Shown here in pieces: positions 48,089 through 57,251 of a stretch of 64,000 nucleotides of DNA. How positions within the stretch are numbered: the stretch's first letter is position 1; each line of letters starts with the position of its first letter. Both the position numbers and the translations under genes were made by a program. The notes under the pieces were generated by a model, which ran no database searches, had not been told where the DNA came from, and saw nothing but the letters and a program-made list of their open reading frames with translations. The stretch is from an uncultured Candidatus Binatia bacterium (GTDB lineage Bacteria > Desulfobacterota > Binatia > Bin18). The stretch covers positions 2,368,001-2,432,000 of the forward strand of contig OZ241744.1 of the NCBI GenBank assembly GCA_965200965.1, given 5' to 3'.

Positions 48089-48477
48089 GGCAGAACCTTT
48101 CTCCCTTTCAGGGATTTGAGGGTTAATGAAAAACTAACCTATTGTTCATTGGGACGTATCCCCCATATCACAGGCGACTAGGCTTGTCAAGAATGCACAA
48201 AACATTTAACCCCTTGGCCGCGGCCATAGCGTTCAGCTTGGCAGGATGCGCTACCATCTCCTAACCCCTAGCCCATAAAAAAATCCGCCCAGAATGCCCT
48301 AGAACGGGCGAAAACGCTTCACCCTTAAACCCCCATACCCTGCTTGACACGCTCCGGGGTAGTGGGGTAGAGCACCCGTGTAAGGATGTTCTTTCCTTGT
48401 GATGTTTTTTCATTTTGGCCGGCACTTACGCACGGCAACCTGTAGAGCATCCGTGTAAGGACATTCTTTCATTGTGA

Positions 48478-48509
48478 TAGCCTCGGCCTTCCCGGCCGGG
48501 GCTATTTTT
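48478..48509 (+). terminator. Rho-independent terminator
   Basis: TAGCCTCGGCC-ttccc-GGCCGGGGCTA followed by TTTTT. Confidence 0.7.
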
Positions 48510-48555
48510 ATGGCGAAAATCCTGCTAGTTGGCCGGGTTAGACGCCGAGGAGGGC

Positions 48556-48687
48556 AAAAAAAGCCGCCGGGGAATCCATGCTAGGAAAACCCGGCGGCCT
48601 AACCCCTACTCTTACCCTAACCAAGAAAGGGTTTGTTCAAAAGGAACGAACAATGAGTAGGATATCCCACTCTCAGACCGCTGTCAA
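48556..48687 (-). ncRNA. Candidate sRNA unit 1 (promoter + ~97-nt RNA + terminator)
   Basis: TTGACA 48687-48682, 17-bp spacer, TATCCT 48664-48659; hairpin 48598-48563 followed by T7. Confidence 0.6.
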
Positions 48688-48709
48688 CACCGAAGCCCAG
48701 AGAGGGCAT

Positions 48710-48829
48710 AAAAAAAGCCGCCGGGCTGAACTTGTCAGAAAGCCCGACGGCCTAACCCCTACTCTTACCCTAACCAAGAAAGGGTTTGCGTTGTATGAGC
48801 AGGATATCCCACTCTCAGACCGCTGTCAA
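48710..48829 (-). ncRNA. Candidate sRNA unit 2
   Basis: TTGACA 48829-48824, 17-bp spacer, TATCCT 48806-48801; hairpin 48751-48717 followed by T7. Confidence 0.6.
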
Positions 48830-48851
48830 CACCGAAGCCCGGAGAGGGCAT

Positions 48852-48980
48852 AAAAAAAGCCGCCGGGAAACCCTGCGAGGAACCCGACGGCTTAGAACCC
48901 TTACCCGTACCAAAGGAGAAAGGGTTTGTTCGAAAGGAACGAACAATGAGCCTCATAACCAACTCTGCCCACACTGTCAA
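48852..48980 (-). ncRNA. Candidate sRNA unit 3, antisense to the leader/RBS of the HTH gene
   Basis: TTGACA 48980-48975, 17-bp spacer, TATGAG 48957-48952; hairpin 48891-48859 followed by T7. Confidence 0.55.
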
Positions 48981-49404
48981 TACCGACGCCCAACCCTTCC
49001 AGCCCGACGAGTACATCCCCGGCTATGCCAGTAACCTATTACGCCGGTCAGAGTATTTCTTTGCTCTCGGGGTGCTGACAACGGGTTCAGCCTCGTTCTT
49101 TCCTGGCCGGGCCAAGCTGGCCAAGGGCTTGGGGTGTTGTGAGCGGACAGTCAGCCGCGACGTGACACGCCTGGAAGCCCTCGGCTACTACCGACGAGGG
49201 GGGCAAGACTGCCCCCGGTTTGGAGAGTTTGGCGGGATGCTCATTCTACCCGGGCCGAAAATGTGGGGGCTGATACGGGATACGGTGGCGGCGCTCATAG
49301 ACCGGGGAGGCTTCCGAAAAAGCCCGAAAAATAGCGGCTCCGGCCGAGGGACACGCAAAGCCCACTATCCCCATCTTTATACAAAGATGGTTAGGAAGAT
49401 ATAG
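48946..49404 (+). CDS. Winged-HTH protein, replication-initiator-like (possibly truncated)
   Basis: FPGRAKLAKGLGCCERTVSRDVTRLEALGY is an HTH_36-like pattern; RBS AAAGGA. Confidence 0.65.
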   Translation: MSLITNSAHTVNTDAQPFQPDEYIPGYASNLLRRSEYFFALGVLTTGSASFFPGRAKLAKGLGCCERTVSRDVTRLEALGYYRRGGQDCPRFGEFGGMLILPGPKMWGLIRDTVAALIDRGGFRKSPKNSGSGRGTRKAHYPHLYTKMVRKI

Positions 49405-49489
49405 ATGGTGTCTGCCTCCACGAACGCGGGCGTTGCCAGCGTTGCCACGAACCCCATTGTTGCCAGAGCTTTCTTCATGTCGTTCCCTT

Positions 49490-49952
49490 TCTTGAAGGAA
49501 ATATCGCTGTCTTCATAGCCAGGAAACCGCTATCCTGAATAGGGCTCGCCGAGAACCTCTGAGACGGTGAATTTCTCGTAGTGGTTTTCGAGCTTCACCC
49601 GCACTGTGCGACTGCGGTATGAGGACCGGATTTTGAGTCGCCCAATACAATCCTCAAGCTCCTCTGTCAATTCAACCTTGTAGCGGTCTGCAAAGCGGGC
49701 CGTAACCCGGAATATCCCCCCGAACAGCCAGATGTCTTCCTCATGGTAGAACCGCATGAGCGAGAAAATACAGGGGCGATTGAATTGATCCCGTTCGGGT
49801 CGGGATTCTTGCCATTTGATCCATTTCGCCCGGTCCTCTACCCAATCGTCCAGCGGCTCTACCTTACGACCGCGAGGATTGCGGCGCGCGAAGTGGACCT
49901 TGTAATTCTCCGGGTTGTGACAAGGCCAGATTTCCTTGAGAAGATTCGCCAT
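49490..49952 (-). pseudogene. N-terminal part of a GIY-YIG-family nuclease gene, with nonsense codon and truncation
   Basis: YKVHFAR, WLFGGIF and IGRLKI, then EPYSG*RFPGYEDSDISF continues past the TAG at 49530-32 and breaks at the element edge. Confidence 0.6.
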
Positions 49953-49986
49953 AGCTTCACCTTTGAGGGCCGGAAATCTGCGCTGG

Positions 49987-51069
49987 CTAGGGCCGGACCT
50001 CATAGTAGGCGTTGATGGGGTTGTTGAAGTCGTGCCGCTTGAAGCGGCTGAAACCTGCCTCAGCAACCATCCTGCGGGCCACCGGCTCGGTAAAGCCGAG
50101 CGTGCCAAGCCCCTCGCCGTCCGGCTCGGACATGGCCGAGGACATGCAGCACAACACCGAAAAGCCGTAGAACATGGACGCCAGGGGGTTGTGCTCCAGG
50201 TTGTCTTCAAAGGTGGGCAGGCTGTGGATGTCGGCGATCAGCCAAGTGCCGTCCGGCTTGATGGCCTCGGAGATCGCGTGCATGACCGAGGTCGGGTTGG
50301 CCATGTCGTGCAGGCAGTCAAAGGTCGAGATCAAGTCAAAGCTGTGGTCGGCCGGCAGGGCATCGCCGTTGGCGTCGTGAAAGCTGACGTTGGCCAGACC
50401 TGCCTCGGCCTTTTTTTCTTCTGCCCGGGCCAGAGCGTAGTGTGAGATATCATAGCCGTGAAACTCGGAGGTGGGGTAGGCTGTGGCCATCTCAATCAGG
50501 GCGACGCCCGAGCCGCAGCCCACATCAGCCGCTTTTGCGCCGGCTTCAAGCTTGGCTACAACGCCCTCCAACTGGGGCAGGGCACGCGGCACCAGATGGG
50601 CCCGGAACCACGGCGCAATCAGCCGCTCCACCCCACGCGCGCCCTCCGGTCCAAAGGCGTCATACGGCAGGCCGAGGCCGGTCTTGAACGATTGGGGGAG
50701 TTTTTCCAACACCGCCATTTGCTGCGGCAGGGCGCAGAAACCGCCAGCGGCAAAGGCCGGGCTGTTCTCGTTGGCGAGCACCAGGGCGGCTTCGGGCGAC
50801 AGTTCAAAGCGCCCCTCGCCCCGGTATTCGAGCAGCTTGGCGGTGGCCTGTCCCTGGACCCACTCCCGAATCCAGCGCTCGTGCAGCCCCGTCTTATCGG
50901 CCAACTCCCGGCTGGTCATCGGTCCGGCGTCTTCGAGCGCCCGATACAGCCCCAAGCGGTCGCCCAGATAGACCATGCCGGATATCACCGCTCCGCCGAG
51001 CAGGCCAAAAACATGCTCGGCGATCGCCTGCACCTTTTCGCGGTCAATCTCTTTGTCGTATGCGGCCAT
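49987..51069 (-). CDS. Class I SAM methyltransferase with N-terminal wHTH (Rv2258c-like)
   Basis: LGDRLGLY, HERWIREW, DVGCGSG and FDCLHDMANP motifs. Confidence 0.9.
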   Translation of the reverse strand: MAAYDKEIDREKVQAIAEHVFGLLGGAVISGMVYLGDRLGLYRALEDAGPMTSRELADKTGLHERWIREWVQGQATAKLLEYRGEGRFELSPEAALVLANENSPAFAAGGFCALPQQMAVLEKLPQSFKTGLGLPYDAFGPEGARGVERLIAPWFRAHLVPRALPQLEGVVAKLEAGAKAADVGCGSGVALIEMATAYPTSEFHGYDISHYALARAEEKKAEAGLANVSFHDANGDALPADHSFDLISTFDCLHDMANPTSVMHAISEAIKPDGTWLIADIHSLPTFEDNLEHNPLASMFYGFSVLCCMSSAMSEPDGEGLGTLGFTEPVARRMVAEAGFSRFKRHDFNNPINAYYEVRP

Positions 51070-51209
51070 GTCCTGCCTCCGTCAGGTATTCTTTCCCGGC
51101 GTGTCCGCCCGTGGTCTCCTCTATCTGGCCTGCCGGCCCCTCCCTGTCAACGCAGTGGCGGCTTTCTTCCGGGGGCTCCTGACCGTCCCCCGATGGTCGC
51201 GATCGACGG

Positions 51210-51602
51210 TTATGACTGGAATAAGACCAGGCCCAGCAAGGCCACCGCGAAATAGCTGGCAATAACCACCGCGCCGGCATAATCCTGGGCCATGCGCTGG
51301 CCAAAGAAGAGACCCAGCAGGGCCACGGTGGCAACACTCACCCCCCAGATCGCCAGCTCGCCGCCGAGGCCAAACAGGACTTGCACAGCCCCAATAGCGC
51401 ACAGGACCCCGGCCGCAGACTCAATGACCGTAATCGCCCAGAACATCGGCGTCACCGTTCCGGCCAAGGGACTCTTGGAAAAATGGCCGGTCAGAAACTC
51501 GAGGTTGCCTGTGCTGTCCATCCACTTATCGGCCGCGGATTGCAGGAAAGCGACGGCAAAAAACGCGGTCACGGCAAACTGTCCAAACCACACAGGATCC
51601 AT
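51210..51602 (-). CDS. DoxX family membrane protein
   Basis: FLQSAADK, HFSKSPL and FFGQRMAQDYAGA motifs. Confidence 0.8.
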   Translation of the reverse strand: MDPVWFGQFAVTAFFAVAFLQSAADKWMDSTGNLEFLTGHFSKSPLAGTVTPMFWAITVIESAAGVLCAIGAVQVLFGLGGELAIWGVSVATVALLGLFFGQRMAQDYAGAVVIASYFAVALLGLVLFQS

Positions 51603-51615
51603 GCTGTCCTCCTTA

Positions 51616-52662
51616 TCAGAACCGGCTCAGCCTTGTCAGTACCTCGGACAGAAAAGCCTCGTACATGTGAGCTTCAGGGTATCCCGGAGTCTGGGCGAGG
51701 CCCTGCTCTTGCTTTGCGCACTCAAAATTGAACACCCGCAGCAGCCACAGCACCTCATACAACGCAAAGCTCAAAGACTCAACGATGTCCCGCCCCGCGG
51801 GGCCGTAGCCGTCGAGAAACGCGGCGAATAAATCCGGCTGTGGTGTGAACTGACCCTGCCTGTCCCTGGCCGTCCAGTACTTCATCTTCACACAATCGAG
51901 GGCCGGCGCGTCAACGACAGCGTTGTCCCAGTCAATAACAGCGGCCAGACGGCCGTCCGCAACCAGGATATTGCCTGGTGAAAAATCGTTGTGAATCAGA
52001 CACGCCGACACATTGAGGGTGTCGGGCAGACGCAGCCTGGTCGCCGCCGCGGCCAGGGCCGGGGGCAACCGCCGACGGGCGGCACCAAGCTCTCTGCTGA
52101 GGGCGCTGGGGAAGCGTTCGGACCAGCCCAGCGGCGCTTTTCCAACCGACGGGAAATCGGCGTACCAGGCTTCAAAGCGGACGCTGTGAATCTGGGCCAG
52201 GGCCCGACCCGCGGCGCGGTAGACATCTGCGCCAGACATATCCCAGAGTGGTACGCCGTCTACCCATTCATACACACAGTAGGGATGGGCCAGGACCTGA
52301 CGGGTCCAGTCGTAGTAGTGCATGCGCGGCAAGACGCTGTGTGTGCTGTCAAGTCTGCCGTGCCGGGCGCTCAGCAGGGTGTCAAACACCCGGGCAAGAG
52401 CGGTATCGGTGGACGGCCGGGCGTGGGGTTTGAGCAGGGCGCTGACAAAGGCTTCTTTGACCAGGTCTGGCTCATAGCGGTACACCTGCTCCCGGGTCCG
52501 CACCCGCAGCGCGTACGGCCGCCCGCCATACTCGACTTTGACAATCGTGTTGATATTACCGGACAGTACATCACGGATGTGCAGAGGCTGACGCCCGGAC
52601 AGCCGGGCAAAGACGCGCTCGAGCTGCCGGGTGGAAAAGGGCAGGCTGTGCGGCTCTGACAT
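51616..52662 (-). CDS. Aminoglycoside phosphotransferase (APH)-family kinase
   Basis: LIHNDFSPGNILV and VIDWD motifs. Confidence 0.85.
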   Translation of the reverse strand: MSEPHSLPFSTRQLERVFARLSGRQPLHIRDVLSGNINTIVKVEYGGRPYALRVRTREQVYRYEPDLVKEAFVSALLKPHARPSTDTALARVFDTLLSARHGRLDSTHSVLPRMHYYDWTRQVLAHPYCVYEWVDGVPLWDMSGADVYRAAGRALAQIHSVRFEAWYADFPSVGKAPLGWSERFPSALSRELGAARRRLPPALAAAATRLRLPDTLNVSACLIHNDFSPGNILVADGRLAAVIDWDNAVVDAPALDCVKMKYWTARDRQGQFTPQPDLFAAFLDGYGPAGRDIVESLSFALYEVLWLLRVFNFECAKQEQGLAQTPGYPEAHMYEAFLSEVLTRLSRF

Positions 52663-52679
52663 GCTGCCGGCTTGTCCCC

Positions 52680-53465
52680 TCACTCCCCCGGCCGGCTGGC
52701 GATTGACGAAGACAGCAGCCCGCCGTCAACGAGCAGGGTTTGTCCCCGAATAAAATCGGCGTCCTCGGAGCACAGAAAGGCCGCCGCGGCGGCGATATCG
52801 TCGGGTCGCCCAACCCGGCCGGCCGGGGTAGCGGGAATCACGTCCCGCTCGTACTGGGCGTAGGCATCCTCACCGCCGGCGTACAGCTTTGACGAGTCGG
52901 TTCTAATCAGGCCGGGGCTGATGCCGTTGACCGCTATCCCGTGGGGACCGAGTTCGTGGGCCAGGTACATGGTCATGTTTTCCAGGGCAGCTTTGGCCGC
53001 TCCCAACAGGCCGTGTCGGGACAGCACACGCAGCGAGTCAATGCCCGAGATGGTCACAATTTTGGCCCGGCGGCCGCGCATCAGCGGCACGGCCTCCTGC
53101 ACGGCCAGCAGCGAGCCGGTGATGGTGAGATCAAATGTCCGTCTCACATTATGCTCTTTCTGCTGCAACAGCGGCCGAAACGCCGTTGCCGCCGCGTTCA
53201 CGACCAGGATGTCAAGCCGTCCATAGTGCTGTCCGACCTGCCGGAACATGGCGCGCACCGCGTCGCTGTCGCTCATATCGGCCTGGACCGCGACCGCCGG
53301 CAAGCCGCACCGCTCGACCTCGGCGACAACCGCCCGGGCCTGTTCGGCGTTGCGGCGATAATTGATCACAATCCGCGCACCTTCCGAGGCCAGACGCAGG
53401 GCAATCGCCCGGCCAATGCCGCGCGAAGAGCCGCTAATCAGGGCCACCTTGTCTGTAAATCGCAC
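52680..53465 (-). CDS. SDR oxidoreductase (FabL-like)
   Basis: SGSSRGIG, NAAATAFRP and GAAKAALE motifs. Confidence 0.85.
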   Translation of the reverse strand: MRFTDKVALISGSSRGIGRAIALRLASEGARIVINYRRNAEQARAVVAEVERCGLPAVAVQADMSDSDAVRAMFRQVGQHYGRLDILVVNAAATAFRPLLQQKEHNVRRTFDLTITGSLLAVQEAVPLMRGRRAKIVTISGIDSLRVLSRHGLLGAAKAALENMTMYLAHELGPHGIAVNGISPGLIRTDSSKLYAGGEDAYAQYERDVIPATPAGRVGRPDDIAAAAAFLCSEDADFIRGQTLLVDGGLLSSSIASRPGE

Positions 53466-53476
53466 GCCCGCGGTCC

Positions 53477-54238
53477 TCAGCCGGCCATAGTCAGGCCGCC
53501 ACTCACCGACAGGACCTGGCCGGTTACAAAATCCGCATCTGGCGAGGCAAAAAACGCCACCGCATTGGCGATCTCTTCGGGCTGACCCAGCCGGCGGAAC
53601 GGTACCGCCCGGGTCATGGCCTCAATCACCCGCGCGCCGCGTTCCCCCGAGGTGACTTGCTGGAGCAGCGCCGTATCGGTTGGACCGGGACAGACGACAT
53701 TGACGGTGACCTGTGAGCGAGCCAATTCGCGGGCCAGGGTTTTGGAAAACCCGATGATGCCGGCCTTACACGCCGAGTAGACGGCCTCGCCGGTTGAGCC
53801 GACCCGGCCGGCGTCCGAACTGATCGAAATGATCTTGCCCTGCTTGCGCTCTATCATCTGCGGGGCGATCGCGTGGCAGAAATTGATCGGGCCCCTCAGG
53901 TTAATCGCAATGACCTTGTCCCAGGTCTCGGGCGCGCTCTCAACAAATGGCTCAATTTTGTCCCAGCCGGCGTTATTGACCAGAATGTCGATCGGCCCCC
54001 AGGTGTCGGCCACACGCCGCACACAGGCCCGAACCTGGCTGAGCTGGGTCACATCGGTGGGAGTGGCCAGCGCCTGGCCTCCCGTGGCAGTGAGTTCATT
54101 AGCGGTCTGCCGGGCTTCGGGTTCCAGAATATCGGCAATCGCAACCCTGGCACCTTCTTCGGCCAGCCGCCGGCTGATCGCCCGGCCAATGCCCCGGCTG
54201 CCGCCCGTCACCAGCGCGACTTTGTCTGTGATACGCAT
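53477..54238 (-). CDS. SDR oxidoreductase (BadH-like)
   Basis: TGGSRGIG, NNAGWD, SDAGRVGSTGEAVYSACK and SVSGGLTM motifs. Confidence 0.88.
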   Translation of the reverse strand: MRITDKVALVTGGSRGIGRAISRRLAEEGARVAIADILEPEARQTANELTATGGQALATPTDVTQLSQVRACVRRVADTWGPIDILVNNAGWDKIEPFVESAPETWDKVIAINLRGPINFCHAIAPQMIERKQGKIISISSDAGRVGSTGEAVYSACKAGIIGFSKTLARELARSQVTVNVVCPGPTDTALLQQVTSGERGARVIEAMTRAVPFRRLGQPEEIANAVAFFASPDADFVTGQVLSVSGGLTMAG

Positions 54239-54396
54239 CCCTCTTCCTCCATAGCTGAGCCAACAAGACGGGAGCACAGGTAACATGCTGGTCCAGAAGG
54301 TTCAATCGCAAACAGGAACAAGGCAGGGAAACCGGCTCCCCCTCCCCTTGGCCGCGGTGGTCGAAGAGCTATAATGAGGGCCGTTCAGGAGGCTGC

Positions 54397-55410
54397 ATGT
54401 TGCCCGACAGCTACAATCGTCCGCTCAAAGACCTGCGTATCTCGGTGACAGACCGGTGTAATTTTCGCTGCACCTACTGCATGCCGCTCGACGAGTACGA
54501 GTGGCTGGAGAAGAGCGAAGTCCTGTCCTTTGAAGAAATTACCCGGGTGGTAGGCCTGTTTGTGCAGGTGGGCGTGGAAAAAGTCCGCCTGACCGGTGGC
54601 GAACCCCTGGCACGACGGGATGTGGAGAAACTGATCGGTCAACTCTCGGCCCTCGAAAATGCTCCTGAACTGTGCCTGACGACGAACGGCTCGCTGCTGG
54701 CCGATAAAGCCGCCGGCCTCAAAGCGGCCGGCCTGCACCGTATCAACGTCAGCCTCGACTCGCTCAAGCCCGGCCGCTTTCGTCGGATGACCAGACGGGG
54801 CGACCTCAACAGGGTCCTGGACGGCCTGTTTGCCGCCAAACGGGCCGGTCTGTCTCCGATTAAAATCAATGCGGTTGTTGAACGCGGGGTCAATGACGAC
54901 GAGATACTCGACTTGGTCGCCTTCGCGCGGGAGCACGGCTTTGCCCTGCGTTTTATTGAATTCATGGATGTCGGCAATGCCAACCGTTGGCAGTCTGACA
55001 AAATCGTCACCAAACAAGACATTCTCCAGACGATTCATCGCCGGTTTCCGCTGCGTGAGATTGGCCGGGACAAGGGCAGCGCGCCGTCGGTCGATTATAC
55101 GTTTGTGGATGGGGACGGTGATATCGGTGTGATTGCTTCGGTCAGTGAGCCGTTTTGTTCCAGCTGTACGCGGGCACGCCTGACCGCCGACGGCAAGTTC
55201 GTCACCTGCCTGTTTTCCAACACCGGCTATAATCTGAAAGCCCTGCTGCGGGGCGGCGCGGCTGAGGACGAGCTGCTGGCCGTCCTCAGCCACCTCTGGG
55301 GGAAGCGCCGGGACCGCTATTCAGAAGAGCGGCTGGCGGCGCTGCGGTCTGCGGCCGGCTACGACCCCAGAGAGCGCAAAAAAATCGAAATGATCAGTTT
55401 GGGCGGCTGA
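54397..55410 (+). CDS. moaA: GTP 3',8-cyclase
   Basis: LRISVTDRCNFRCTYCMP, FCSSCTRARL and C-terminal GG. Confidence 0.96.
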   Translation: MLPDSYNRPLKDLRISVTDRCNFRCTYCMPLDEYEWLEKSEVLSFEEITRVVGLFVQVGVEKVRLTGGEPLARRDVEKLIGQLSALENAPELCLTTNGSLLADKAAGLKAAGLHRINVSLDSLKPGRFRRMTRRGDLNRVLDGLFAAKRAGLSPIKINAVVERGVNDDEILDLVAFAREHGFALRFIEFMDVGNANRWQSDKIVTKQDILQTIHRRFPLREIGRDKGSAPSVDYTFVDGDGDIGVIASVSEPFCSSCTRARLTADGKFVTCLFSNTGYNLKALLRGGAAEDELLAVLSHLWGKRRDRYSEERLAALRSAAGYDPRERKKIEMISLGG

Positions 55411-55984
55411 CCTGTAACCCGGTCGTCAACTCCGGCAGGGCGGCCAGGGTCTTGAGATCATACACGCTGACAGCCCCACCCCCGCGATTGTCTTCGAGTT
55501 GCAACACCCCAACTGTTCCGGGCTGCGCCGCATAATTGTGTGGGAATGTCGGGCTGCCGGGATTAATAACGAGCACCTCGCCGTGACGCTTCACGCCCTC
55601 GACGTGGGTATGGCCACACACAATCAGGTCGGTGCGCCCGTCAAAGTAGAACTCCATAGTGCGCTCAATGGGCCACCGGGGAAATTCATCGGGGTCCAGC
55701 ACATCGTGTACCAGCCCAATCCGATAGCCAGCCGCGCAGGTGACCGCGGCATCACGCAGGCGCGGATCTTCGGGCACCAGCGGGCGGCCGCCCGAGCCGT
55801 CGTCACCGTTGCCCCGACAGGCGAGCACCGGGGCAATTTCTTCCAGCCAATCGAGGACCTCAAGACAGTGCAGGTCCCCGGCGTGGAGGATCAGATCCGC
55901 TCCGGCAAAAATGGTGCGAACCTGGCTCGGCAGTTCGGGCATCGCTTCAGGAATATGGGTGTCGGCAATCAGGCCAATTTTCAT
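55394..55984 (-). CDS. YfcE-like metallophosphoesterase
   Basis: ADTH, HAGD, GNGD, GHTH and NPGS motifs. Confidence 0.9.
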   Translation of the reverse strand: MKIGLIADTHIPEAMPELPSQVRTIFAGADLILHAGDLHCLEVLDWLEEIAPVLACRGNGDDGSGGRPLVPEDPRLRDAAVTCAAGYRIGLVHDVLDPDEFPRWPIERTMEFYFDGRTDLIVCGHTHVEGVKRHGEVLVINPGSPTFPHNYAAQPGTVGVLQLEDNRGGGAVSVYDLKTLAALPELTTGLQVSRPN

Positions 55985-56083
55985 CCGCCGCCTCGCTTTC
56001 TCCGGGCAACTCTATCGGCTGGACAGGAGTTTGGCAATGTGAGATGCAGGGAGGAAAGCTTCACGCAAGAAGGGAGTCGGAGT

Positions 56084-57247
56084 ATGTCCAGCACAGATAC
56101 GAGTCTCGCACTCACGACGCTGAGCGAAGAAGAGGGGCTGTTTCAGTCTATGGTCCGGGAGTTTGCCGAGGAGAGGGTCAAACCTCAGGTCATGGACATG
56201 GACCGGGCGGCAAAGCTCCCACGCGAACTGATTGACCAGTTGTTTGGCCTGGGGGTGATGGGCATTGAAATTCCGCTGGTGTACGGCGGGGCGGGGTCAA
56301 GTTTTTTCATGGCGATTCTGGCCATTGAAGCAATGGCCCAGACCGATCCCGCGGTGTCGGTGTGTGTCGATGTCCAAAACACCCTGGTCGTCAACGCCTT
56401 TCTGCACTGGCTCACGCCGGACCAGCAGGCCAGGTTCCTCCCCAGGCTGGCCAAAGACACGGTCGGAAGCTATTCGCTGTCGGAGTCCGGCTCGGGCAGC
56501 GATGCGTTTGCCCTGAAAACCCAGGCACGCCCGGACGGCGACACCTATGTGCTGAACGGTCGCAAGATGTGGGTCACAAATGGAGATGACGCGGGGCTGT
56601 ATATGCTGTTCGCCAACGCCGACCCCGACAAGGGCTATAAGGGGATCACCGGCTTTGTCATTGACCGTGAGATGCCCGGTTTCAGCGTCGGCAAGAAAGA
56701 GGACAAACTCGGCATCCGGGCCAGCTCGACCTGTGAGTTGCTTCTGGAAGATGTGCGGGTACCGCGCGAAAACGTCATCGGCCAGGTCGGCCAGGGCTAC
56801 AAGGTCGCCATTGAGGCACTCAACGAGGGACGGATCGGTATTGCAGCCCAAATGATCGGCCTCGCCCAAGGCGCGTTTGGGGCGGCCAAAGATTATGCCC
56901 TTGAGCGCCGGCAGTTCGGGCAGGCAATTGCGCAGTTCCAGGCTGTGCAGTTTCAGTTGGCCGAGATGGCGACCGAAATCGAAGCCGGCCGTTTGATGGT
57001 CTATAATGCGGCACGGCTGAAAGACTGCGGACAGCCGTTCCGGCAGCAGGCGGCGATGGCCAAGTATTATTGCTCGCAGATTGCCGAGCGGGTGGCCTCG
57101 CAGTCGCTCGAAATTTTTGGCGGCAACGGTTTCATCAAAGACTTTCCGGCCGAGAAGTTCTACCGCGACGCCAAAATCGGTAAAATCTACGAGGGCACGA
57201 CCAACATCCAGCTCCAGACGATCGCCAGGAACATGTTGGGGAGATAA
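56084..57247 (+). CDS. Acyl-CoA dehydrogenase (short/branched-chain type)
   Basis: LSESGSGSDA, NGRKMWVTN, KLGIRASST and IYEGTTNIQ motifs. Confidence 0.95.
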   Translation: MSSTDTSLALTTLSEEEGLFQSMVREFAEERVKPQVMDMDRAAKLPRELIDQLFGLGVMGIEIPLVYGGAGSSFFMAILAIEAMAQTDPAVSVCVDVQNTLVVNAFLHWLTPDQQARFLPRLAKDTVGSYSLSESGSGSDAFALKTQARPDGDTYVLNGRKMWVTNGDDAGLYMLFANADPDKGYKGITGFVIDREMPGFSVGKKEDKLGIRASSTCELLLEDVRVPRENVIGQVGQGYKVAIEALNEGRIGIAAQMIGLAQGAFGAAKDYALERRQFGQAIAQFQAVQFQLAEMATEIEAGRLMVYNAARLKDCGQPFRQQAAMAKYYCSQIAERVASQSLEIFGGNGFIKDFPAEKFYRDAKIGKIYEGTTNIQLQTIARNMLGR

Positions 57248-57251
57248 ACAC

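Larger units (their letters stand above)
41720..49490. mobile_element. Degraded integrated element (plasmid/phage-satellite-like)
   Basis: Lower GC, phage-type nuclease, RHH and HTH genes, internal duplications and a truncated gene at the right edge. No integrase seen; boundaries approximate. Confidence 0.6.

Noticed and set aside
48541-48995. CRISPR array
   Set aside because: Units are ~140-155 bp with only 15-18 nt variable, there are no cas genes, and each unit has its own promoter and terminator.
37531-49532. Genome-wide TAG reassignment, suggested by in-frame TAGs in the RT, after EthD, and in the GIY-YIG remnant
   Set aside because: Intact housekeeping genes here end in TAG (CoA-transferase 582, SDR 17548, fabH, amidohydrolase, cnoX), and the GIY-YIG gene is truncated anyway.
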